Assembly (NCBI GenBank): GCA_964016885.1
Contig: OZ024750.1
Coordinates: 40,858,001-40,922,000 of the forward strand
Direction: 5' to 3'
Origin: Eledone cirrhosa
Taxonomy: Eukaryota
Length of the DNA: 64,000 nt
Shown: in pieces, positions 51,989-64,000 of the stretch
Numbering within the stretch: position 1 is the stretch's first letter
Layout of the letters: every line of letters starts with the position of its first letter
The notes under the pieces: generated by a model
The model's input: only the letters and a program-made list of their open reading frames with translations
What the model was told of the DNA's origin: nothing
Databases searched by the model: none
Made by a program: the position numbers and the translations under genes

Positions 51989-52191
51989 GTGTAGACAATG
52001 TTGTTGTACCTCTCTATATATCCTCTATATACAACTTTATTATATTCACTTACGATGTGGCAACAACTTTTCACCTTATTTTTACCCAAATTAACAAAGA
52101 GTACTCCACATTCCTATGGAGGCATTTCATATATTTTCTTCTCAGAGCTTGGAGCTGGTTAACACTTCAGTTCCAACCTTTATATCTGGTT

Positions 52192-52310
52192 TACTACCAC
52201 TACCACTACCACTACCACTACTACTACTACCACTACTACTACCACTACTACTACTACTACTACCATTACCACCATCACTGCTACTACTAATAATAATACT
52301 ACTACTACTG

Positions 52311-52374
<64 letters not shown>

Positions 52375-52443
52375 CACTACTACCACCACTACCACTACTA
52401 CTACCACTACTACCATCACTGCTACTACTACTACTACTACTAG

Positions 52444-52495
<52 letters not shown>

Positions 52496-52547
52496 TCTAC
52501 TACCACTTCTACCATTACCACCACCACCACTACTACTACTACTACCA

Positions 52548-52602
<55 letters not shown>

Positions 52603-52798
52603 TACCACTACTACTACTACCATTACCACCATCACTGCTACTACTAATAATAATACTACTACTACTGCTACCACTACTACTACTACTACCACTACTACCA
52701 CTACTACTACCACTACTACCATCACTGCTACTACTACTACTACTACTACCACTACTACTACTACTACCACCACCTCTACTACCACTTCTACCATTACC

Positions 52799-52833
<35 letters not shown>

Positions 52834-52955
52834 ACCACTACCACTACTACCACTACCACCACTACTACTACTATCACCACCTCTACTACTACTTCTACCA
52901 TTACCACCACCACCACTGCTACTACTACTACTACATTACTACTACTACTATTACT
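52192..52955. repeat. (CTA/CAC)n microsatellite with an internal block duplication
   Basis: ccattaccaccatcactgctactactaataataat at ~52263 and ~52620. Confidence 0.93.
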
Positions 52956-53371
52956 GTCATTAGCTTTTATTTTTATTGTATGCCATCACTGCATTACCGA
53001 GCACAGCTCAGTGAGCCTTCATTAGAAATATGACAAGAAGAGGGTTCAGGACTCCCAATACCAACTTATTTCGGTTGACAGAATGGAAGTCTTCATAATC
53101 ACCTGTCATATGTGGATACACATCTCCCTTACCTTCACCCCAGGGTAATACATTCTCTGTCAACTGGGACCATCAGTTAACCAGCACCTGTGCATCCCCC
53201 CACACTAGAGTGTGTTCACCCAAACACCGTTTCCCTCTGTATCATTGCGGTAATGTTTGAGTACAATTTTAGAATGACACACTGTACTATTTTAATATAG
53301 TAATGTTTGGGCACACAATACCGTACTATATAAATATAGTGACATTTTAGTACCTTTTTAGAAGTACGCAG

Positions 53372-53406
<35 letters not shown>

Positions 53407-53984
53407 AGATCAAAAGATGGTTAAATGAGTTCCATGTATTTTATTATGCGCATTTCAAAAACAAATATCATCATGCAATAACATTTGTGTTTTCATCAGA
53501 TAAAATATGAGGACATGATATGAAGGTTAAAAACACTTGTGGATAGTGCAGTTTTAAATCAACATATCAGTCCTACAAACTGTAGAGTGCTTCTTATCCG
53601 ATATCTGCATTGCTTTATTGTACTACAATAAAACTCACCTCCTACATTATATATATATATATATATACTGCGTATATTAGTTCCCGGACTGGAGTTTCGG
53701 CCACACTTAATGCAGCAGTAGGGTGCACTGCACCCTCTGTCTGCATATATTATGCAACAATGGATAATTGGCGCATGTGGCTTCATCAGCGGGCATCGCC
53801 TAATCAATAACCAATCGATCGACAGAATTCAAACCTCAGCCCATGCCGGCTATCACTGTTTGTGATGGCCGACACAGTAAAGTGATTAACAACTGGAATC
53901 TGATACAACTCCGTCCCCCGGTCGGCCACCGATTTACAAATTTACGTGGTGGCAGGAGATTATATATATATATATAAACATCAA

Positions 53985-54233
53985 TATACAGTGTAGGTGT
54001 CACGACAAAAAAAACACACAGTCCACGCTGTAATGTGGCCGTGTAGGCAACACGGTAAAAACCTCCCAGACCCACGCTGTAAATGTGGTTGGTGTTAGGA
54101 AGGGCATCCAACTGTAGAAAACCTGCCAGACAGTCCTATGCGAGCAAGACAATCACTCTTGCCTCAAGTGGGAATACCCCCGTCCAAACCCATGCAAGCG
54201 TGGAACACGGACGTTAAACGTTGATGATGATGA
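53985..54233 (+). mobile_element. SINE A-related 3' fragment with a third tail variant
   Basis: ggttggtgttaggaagggcatcca body; tail acccatgcaagcgtggaacacggacgttaaacgttgatgatg. Confidence 0.65.
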
Positions 54234-54240
54234 TACAGTA

Positions 54241-56194
54241 TATTTTTGATGGCATGAGATATCTCGCTAGTTAAGATTGATGGAATGGCATCTGATGTTG
54301 TATCATGAATAGTTGTTGGTTCTGAGTAGCTGAAGTACAGTTCTTCATAGAATCTAGCCTAGCGTTCAAGGATATCATCTTTGGAAGTAAGGATAGTATC
54401 GTTTGAATCTTTAATGCCCCAGCTAAGATTTCTTGGTTTCGTCTTTAGTTTCTTCAGAGCAGCATGATATAACCTGTTGGGTGGTAGGTTATTCAGCCCC
54501 TCAATGCTGTAAATTTGCTTAAGTTTGTCTGATTTAACGAGCTTTTTTTATTTATTCAGCCTTTGCTATTCTATATTGGGCTAATGTGTGGCTATTTGAA
54601 GCGAGGAAAAAGCCCTGGGCTGGACAACTTATACTTAGAATTCATCAAAGCTGGAGGTGAACCAATTAGCAAAGCACTTCAACATCTCTTTAACTGTATT
54701 GTCAGTACAGGAAAAAGCCTAGACATGTTCAAGAAAGCATTGATAGTTGTACTCTACAAAAAAGGTAGCAGACTTGATTGTGGGAACTATCGTACTATCA
54801 GCCTATTGAGTCATGTTTACAAGCTTTTCATGAGTATCATTGCAGCCCGAGTGAAGTCAGACCTTTATGCCTCCTTTCCTGAAACACAAGCTGCGTATCA
54901 ACCTGGAAGAGGCACCATTGAGCAGATCCTAGCTATTGAACAAATCATTGAGAAATCAATAGAATTCAACAACCCTGTGCACATCAGCTTCATTGATTTC
55001 ACATAAGCTTTTGATAACGTGAAACTACCCGGCTTGTGGCAACTCTTAAACAAAACCTTAATTAACAAGAAATACATCAGCCTATTGAAAGAAACTTACA
55101 CCAACTCAACAGCATATATCAAAACAGATTTGGGAACTACACGGTGTAGAGACATCTTGAAGGGAGTTAAGCAGGGAGATGTACTATCAGCACTTCTTTT
55201 CTGTATAATTATAGTTGCACTTATCTACCAAACTGAAGAAAAATGCTCCTCTGGCTATCAAATAGGAGGTAAAATCCTATCAAATCTTAGCTATGCAGAC
55301 GATCTGGCCATCACGAGTTACTCTAGAATTGATCTGCGAAACTTTCTGAATGTACTGGCCAAACATTCGATGGAGGCTGGCTTACATATCAACATCTCCA
55401 AAACAAAGTGTATGACAACTGATAAAAACAATGCCAATCACCAACTCACAATCTATAACCAGCAAATTGCTCAAGTTACGGAGTTTGTATATCTCGGTCA
55501 CAAACTATCATCAAACAACAATGGAATGGTCGCTGTGCAGTATCACACCGCTCTAGGTTGGGCAGCTTTCAGCAGGTACAAGGAAGTACTAACATCAAAA
55601 CTATCATTTGAAGGCTAAGATCTTTGATACATCCTACCAGTTGTGTTATATGGTCTTGTCTGTGTTAATTGGATGACAAGGTCACTCCAGAAGCTCTCAA
55701 CATTCCAGAACCACACCATGAGACTTATAACTGGCAAGCAGCTCAGTGGGCTGCTCAACATCACCAGGCTTAGACCAATCATATCAGTTGTCAGGTCAAG
55801 AGTGCTCAAACTATACAGCCATATCAAAAGATCAACTCGTGGTGTGAGTAAGTTATGCCTGGAAGGAAAGTTGGCTGGTAAGAGAAGCAGAAGCTGGCAG
55901 CCTAAACGATGGCTTGATAATGTCAACTTATGGACTGGACTTGATCTTTGCTCTTTAAACTCTGCTGTTGGTGATCGAAAGGTATTATATATTCCTGGAA
56001 GGAAGGTTGGCTGGTAAGAGAAGCAGAGGCCGGCAGCCAAAATGATGGCTTGAGAATGTCAACCTATAGACTGGACTTGATCTTTGCTCTTTAAACTCTG
56101 CTGTTGGTGATTGAACTTTGTGAAGAAAAATATCTCATGTTGATGCACAGTCTGCAACTGGTAGAGTTTAGCATCTGGAGATAGACACAGATGA
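54241..56194 (+). pseudogene. Disrupted RTE-group LINE (distinct family) with inverted 5' segment 54241-54600
   Basis: GKSPGLD, YKKG..DCGNYRTISLLS, FIDF(stop)AFD, GVKQGD.LS..LF and YADDL motifs; stops and frameshifts; ~120-bp duplication of 55858-55979 at 55994-56115. Confidence 0.88.
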
Positions 56195-56464
56195 TATATA
56201 TATATATATATATATATATTAATACAGAAGGTTTTACAGGATCTACTGACTGTTGAATATTTGTAATATTTGTGTAAAACCATGAAGAACAAGAAGTTAG
56301 TTTAATCCTACAACAACTACCAATGATAGTTAAGTACAGAAAACATGACTAATAGCTATTGAATATTAATTAATCTCTTCTACTAATTGGATGTGATAGA
56401 TATAATGCTAGTTAGTAAGTCTAATCTCCTCTTCTTTCTTTTATGACTCTTGAAAGTCTATAGT

Positions 56465-56802
56465 TATATATATATATATTTATATATGTTTACACATACA
56501 TACACATGTACATACACAATTACATACATATATACATACAAACTTACACACACACACACACATATATATATATACAAGCCTACATACATACACAATTACA
56601 TTCATATATACATACATACTTAGATACATATATACATACACACTTTCATATATATATATATATATATTTACAAGCATACATACACATACATACATCCACA
56701 TGCATCCACATACATACATACACATACATACATCCACATACATACACATACATACATCCACATACATACGTGTGTTTGTCAACTTACTATAGAATATAAC
56801 CA

Positions 56803-56835
<33 letters not shown>

Positions 56836-57086
56836 CAAGCCTACATACATACATACACAATTACATACATATATACATATATACATACACACTTTCATAT
56901 ATATATATATATTTACACGCATACATACACATACATACATCCACATACATAAGTGTGTTTGTCAACTTACTATAGAGTATAACCAACACACACACACACA
57001 CATATATATATATACAAGCCTACATGCATACATACACAATTACATACATATATACATACATACTTAGATACATATATACATACACA

Positions 57087-57117
<31 letters not shown>

Positions 57118-57406
57118 TTACAAGCATACATACACATACATACATCCACATACATACATACACATACATACATCCAGATACATACATGTGTTTGTCAACT
57201 TACTATAGAGTATAACCAGCACACACACACACACACACACATATATATACACAAGCCTACATACATACATATATACATACATACTTAGATACATATATAC
57301 ATACACACTTTCATATATATATATATATATATTTACAAGCATACATACACATACATACATCCAGATACATACATGTGTTTGTCAACTTACTATAGAGTAT
57401 AACCAT
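56465..57406. repeat. (ACAT/TA)n compound repeat with four copies of a ~31-bp block
   Basis: gtgtttgtcaacttactataga.tataacca at ~56772, 56955, 57188 and 57375. Confidence 0.88.
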
Positions 57407-57672
57407 CATTTGTCCTCCTCCTCATGACTTGGCACCCTTTTGATACCAAACCACCTGAAACGAACCCTGCGTCTATGACACAAACCTGTTAAAGTATTTG
57501 TTTATAAAAAATAATCTTCCATCAGGATTTTATGTGAGAATGTTTTAAAGTTACGTTTGAAACGGCTGATAGATAATAAGTAAATACCAGAAAATTATTT
57601 GAAGTTCTTTTATTAGAAATATGGTAAGGAAAAGACTTAAAACTGTATTTCTTAGGCTCTTGAGATGGTGGA

Positions 57673-60600
57673 AGATACACACCAATATGGTAGGACTAAG
57701 ACTTTGTACTGTAGACAGTAGATAACACTACAAGATATATACCAATATGGTAGGACTAAGACTTTGTACTGTAGACAGTAGATAACACTACAAGATATAT
57801 ACCAATATGGTAGGACTAAGACTTTGTACTGTAGACAGTAGATAACACTACAAGATATATACCAATATGGTAGGACTAAGACTTGGTACTGTAGACAGTA
57901 GATAACACTAGAAGATATATACCAATATGGTAGGACTAAGACTTGGTACTGTAGACAGTAGATAACACTAGAAGATATATACCAATATGGTAGGACTAAG
58001 ACTTGGTACTGTAGACAGTAGATAACACTAGAAGATATATACCAATATGGTAGGACTAAGACTTTGTACTGTAGACAGTAGATAACACTAGAAGATATAT
58101 ACCAATATGGTAGGACTAAGACTTGGTACTGTAGACAGTAGATAACACTAGAAGATATATACCAATATGGTAGGACTAAGACTTGGTACTGTAGACAGTA
58201 GATAACACTACAAGATATATACCAATATGGTAGGACTAAGACTTGGTACTGTAGACAGTAGATAACACTAGAAGATATATACCAATATGGTAGGACTAAG
58301 ACTTGGTACTGTAGACAGTAGATAACACTAGAAGATATATACCAATATGGTAGGACTAAGACTTGGTACTGTAGACAGTAGATAACACTAGAAGATATAT
58401 ACCAATATGGTAGGACTAAGACTTTGTACTGTAGACAGTAGATAACACTAGAAGATATATACCAATATGGTAGGACTAAGACTTGGTACTGTAGACAGTA
58501 GATAACACTAGAAGATATATACCAATATGGTAGGACTAAGACTTGATACTGTAGACAGTAGATAAAACTACAAGATATATACCAATATGGTAGGACTAAG
58601 ACTTTGTACTGTAGACAGTAGATAACACTACAAGATATATACCAATATGGTAGGACTAAGACTTTGTACTGTAGACAGTAGATAACACTAGAAGATATAT
58701 ACCAATATGGTAGGACTAAGACTTGGTACTGTAGACAGTAGATAACACTACAAGATATATACCAATATGGTAGGACTAAGACTTTGTACTGTAGACAGTA
58801 GATAACACTAGAAGATATATACCAATATGGTAGGACTAAGACTTGGTACTGTAAACAGTAGACAACACTACAAGATATATACCAATATGGTAGGACTAAG
58901 ACTTTGTACTGTAGACAGTAGATAACACTACAAGATATATACCAATATGGTAGGACTAAGACTTTGTACTGTAGACAGTAGATAACACTAGAAGATATAT
59001 ACCAATATGGTAGGACTAAGACTTGGTACTGTAAACAGTAGACAACACTACAAGATATATACCAATATGGTAGGACTAAGACTTTGTACTGTAGACAGTA
59101 GATAACACTACAAGATATATACCAATATGGTAGGACTAAGACTTTGTACTGTAGACAGTAGATAACACTAGAAGATATATACCAATATGGTAGGACTAAG
59201 ACTTGATACTGTAGACAGTAGATAAAACTACAAGATATATACCAATATGGTAGGACTAAGACTTGGTACTGTAAACAGTAGACAACACTACAAGATATAT
59301 ACCAATATGGTAGGACTAAGACTTTGTACTGTAGACAGTAGATAACACTAGAAGATATATACCAATATGGTAGGACTAAGACTTTGTACTGTAGACAGTA
59401 GATAACACTACAAGATATATACCAATATGGTAGGACTAAGACTTGGTACTGTAGACAGTAGACAACACTACAAGATATATACCAATATGGTAGGACTAAG
59501 ACTTTGTACTGTAGACAGTAGATAACACTACAAGATATATACCAATATGGTAGGACTAAGACTTGGTACTGTAGACAGTAGATAACACTACAAGATATAT
59601 ACCAATATGGTAGGACTAAGACTTTGTACTGTAGACAGTAGATAACACTACAAGATATATACCAATATGGTAGGACTAAGACTTGGTACTATAGAAAGTA
59701 GATGACACTACAATATATATACCAATATGGTAGGACTAAGACTTGGTACTATAGACAGTAGATAACACAAGATATATACCAATATGGTAGGACTAAGACT
59801 TGATACTGTAGACAGTAGATAAAACTACAAGATATATACCAATATGGTAGGACTAAGACTTGGTACTGTAGACAGTAGACAACACTACAAGATATATACC
59901 AATATGGTAGGACTAAGACTTGGTACTGTAGACAGTAGATAACACTACAATATATATACCAATATGGTAGGACTAAGACTTGGTACTGTAGACAGTAGAC
60001 AACACTACAAGATATATACCAATATGGTAGGACTAAGACTTGGTACTATAGACAGTAGATAACACTACAAGATATATACCATTATAGTAGGACTAAGCCT
60101 TGGTACTGTAGACAGTAGATAACACTACAAGATATATACCAATATTGTAGGACTAAGACTTGGTATTATAGACAGTAGATAACACTACAAGATATATACC
60201 AATATGGTAGGACTAAGACTTGGTACTATAGACAGTAGATAACACAAGATATATACCAATATGGTAGGACTAAGACTTGGTACTGTAAACAGTAGACAAC
60301 ACTACAAGATATATACCAATATGGTAGGACTAAGACTTGGTACTATAGACAGTAGATAACACTACAAGATATATACCAATATGGTAGGACTAAGACTTGG
60401 TACTGTAGACAGTAGACAACACTACAAGATATATACCAATATGGTAGGACTAAGACTTGGTACTGTAGACAGTAGATAACACTACAAGATATATACCAAT
60501 ATGGTAGGACTAAGACTTGGTACTGTAGACAGTAGACAACACTACAAGATATATACCAATATGGTAGGACTAAGACTTGGTACTGTAGACACTAGATAAC

Positions 60601-63600
60601 ACTACAAGATATATACCAATATGGTAGGACTAAGACTTGGTACTGTAGACAGTAGATAACACTACAAGATATATACCATTATAGTAGGACTAAGACTTGG
60701 TACTGTAGACAGTAGATAACACTACAAGATATATACCAATATGGTAGGACTAAGACTTGGTACTGTAGACAGTAGATAACACTACAAGATATATACCAAT
60801 ATGGTAGGACTAAGACTTGGTACTGTAGACAGTAGATAACACTACAAGATATATACCAATATGGTAGGACTAAGACTTGGTACTATAGACAGTAGATAAC
60901 ACTACAAGATATATACCAATATGGTAGGACTAAGACTTGGTACTGTAGACAGTAGATAACACTACAAGATATATACCATTATAGTAGGACTAAGACTTGG
61001 TACTGTAGACAGTAGATAACACTACAAGATATATACCAATATGGTAGGACTAAGACTTCGTACTGTAGACAGTAGATAACACTACAAGATATATACCATT
61101 ATAGTAGGACTAAGACTTGGTACTATAGAAAGTAGATGACACTACAAGATATATACCAATATGGTAGGACTAAGACTTGGTACTGTAGACAGTAGATAAC
61201 ACTACAAGATATATACCAATATGGTAGGACTAAGACTTGGTACTGTAGACAGTAGACAACACTACAAGATATATACCAATATGGTAGGACTAAGACTTGG
61301 TACTGTAGACACTAGATAACACTACAAGATATATACCAATATGGTAGGACTAAGACTTGGTACTGTAGACAGTAGATAACACTATAAGATATATACCAAT
61401 ATGGTAGGACTAAGACTTGGTACTGTAGACAGTAGATAACACTACAAGATATATACCATTATAGTAGGACTAAGACTTGGTACTGTAGACAGTAGATAAC
61501 ACTACAAGATATATACCAATATGGTAGGACTAAGACTTCGTACTGTAGACAGTAGATAACACTACAAGATATATACCATTATAGTAGGACTAAGACTTGG
61601 TACTATAGAAAGTAGATGACACTACAAGATATATACCAATATGGTAGGACTAAGACTTGGTACTGTAGACAGTAGATAACACTACAATATATATACCCTT
61701 ATAGTAGGACTAAGACTTGGTACTGTAGACAGTAGATAACACTACAAGATATATACCAATATGGTAGGACTAAGACTTGGTACTGTAGACAGTAGATAAC
61801 ACTACAAGATATATACCAATATGGTAGGACTAAGACTTGGTACTGTAGACAGTAGATAACACTACAATATATATACCCTTATAGTAGGACTAAGACTTGG
61901 TACTGTAGACAGTAGATAACACTACAAGATATATACCAATATGGTAGGACTAAGACTTGGTACTGTAGACAGTAGATAACACTACAAGATATATACCATT
62001 ATAGTAGGACTAAGACTTGGTACTGTAGACAGTAGATAACACTACAAGATATATACCATTATAGTAGGACTAAGCCTTGGTACTATAGAAAGTAGATGAC
62101 ACTACAAGATATATACCAATATGGTAGGACTAAGACTTGGTACTGTAGACAGTAGATGACACTACAAGATATATACCATTATAGTAGGACTAAGCCTTGG
62201 TACTGTAGACAGTAGATAACACTACAAGATATATACCATTATAGTAGGACTAAGCCTTGGTACTATAGAAAGTAGATGACACTACAAGATATATACCAAT
62301 ATGGTAGGACTAAGACTTGGTACTGTAGACAGTAGATAACACTACAAGATATATACCATTATAGTAGGACTAAGCCTTGGTACTGTAGACAGTAGATAAC
62401 ACTACAATATATATACCAATATGGTAGGACTAAGACTTGGTACTGTAGACAGTAGATAACACTACAATATATATACCAATATGGTAGGACTAAGACCTGT
62501 TATTATAGACAGTAGATAACACTACAAGATATATACCATTATGGTAGGACTAAGACTTGGTATTATAGACAGTAGATAACACTACAAGATATATACCAAT
62601 ATGGTAGGACTAAGACTTGGTACTGTAGACAGTAGACAACACTACAAGATATATACCAATATGGTAGGACTAAGACTTGGTACTGTAGACAGTAGATAAC
62701 ACTACAAGATATATACCAATATGGTAGGACTAAGACTTGGTACTGTAGACAGTAGACAACACTACAAGATATATACCAATATGGTAGGACTAAGACTTGG
62801 TACTGTAGACACTAGATAACACTACAAGATATATACCAATATGGTAGGACTAAGACTTGGTACTGTAGACAGTAGATAACACTACAAGATATATACCATT
62901 ATAGTAGGACTAAGACTTGGTACTGTAGACAGTAGATAACACTACAAGATATATACCAATATGGTAGGACTAAGACTTGGTACTGTAGACAGTAGATAAT
63001 ACTACAAGATATATACCATTATAGTAGGACTAAGACTTGGTACTGTAGACAGTAGATAACACTACAAGATATATACCAATATGGTAGGACTAAGACTTCG
63101 TACTGTAGACAGTAGATAACACTACAAGATATATACCATTATAGTAGGACTAAGACTTGGTACTATAGGAAGTAGATGACACTACAAGATATATACCAAT
63201 ATGGTAGGACTAAGACTTGGTACTGTAGACAGTAGATAACACTACAATATATATACCCTTATAGTAGGACTAAGACTTGGTACTGTAGACAGTAGATAAC
63301 ACTACAAGATATATACCAATATGGTAGGACTAAGACTTGGTACTGTAGACAGTAGATAACACTACAAGATATATACCAATATGGTAGGACTAAGACTTGG
63401 TACTATAGAAAGTAGATGACACTACAAGATATATACCAATATGGTAGGACTAAGACTTGGTACTGTAGACAGTAGATAACACTACAAGATATATACCCTT
63501 ATAGTAGGACTAAGACTTGGTACTGTAGACAGTAGATAACACTACAAGATATATACCATTATAGTAGGACTAAGCCTTGGTACTGTAGACAGTAGATAAC

Positions 63601-64000
63601 ACTACAAGATATATACCATTATAGTAGGACTAAGCCTTGGTACTATAGAAAGTAGATGACACTACAAGATATATACCAATATGGTAGGACTAAGACTTGG
63701 TACTGTAGACAGTAGATAACACTACAAGATATATACCATTATAGTAGGACTAAGCCTTGGTACTGTAGACAGTAGATAACACTACAATATATATACCAAT
63801 ATGGTAGGACTAAGACTTGGTACTGTAGACAGTAGATAACACTACAATATATATACCAATATGGTAGGACTAAGACTTGGTATTATAGACAGTAGATAAC
63901 ACTACAAGATATATACCAATATGGTAGGACTAAGACTTGGTACTGTAGACAGTAGATAACACTACAATATATATACCCTTATAGTAGGACTAAGACTTGG
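57673..64000. repeat. 60-bp satellite, >100 copies, running off the window
   Basis: Unit gactaagacttggtactgtagacagtagataacactacaagatatataccaatatggtag. Confidence 0.98.

Overview
Repeat-saturated animal genomic DNA, probably cephalopod (octopus-like; inferred from the SINE types and microsatellite load, not from a database search). I could not support any intact host gene. The window holds several RTE-clade LINE remnants, a 5'-truncated Penelope-like element (RT + GIY-YIG), R4/Dong-like and CRE-like restriction-endonuclease LINE fragments, at least three tRNA-derived SINE families, piggyBac-, hAT-, Tc1/pogo- and Helitron-type non-autonomous elements, and about a dozen unrelated minisatellite arrays, ending in a >6 kb 60-bp satellite. 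Nearly all long ORFs in the track are repeat artefacts. Highlights: (1) a ~370-bp fold-back element at 4733-5101 that encodes a type-I hammerhead ribozyme motif on each strand; (2) a SINE family whose tail matches the R4/Dong-like 3'UTR and which stacks in (TTA)n; (3) twin-priming-type 5' inversions in RTE elements; (4) minisatellites arising inside MITEs and SINEs, often at fold-back junctions; (5) a near-identical inverted RTE-plus-flank duplication 40 kb apart whose breakpoint is the Penelope 5' end.
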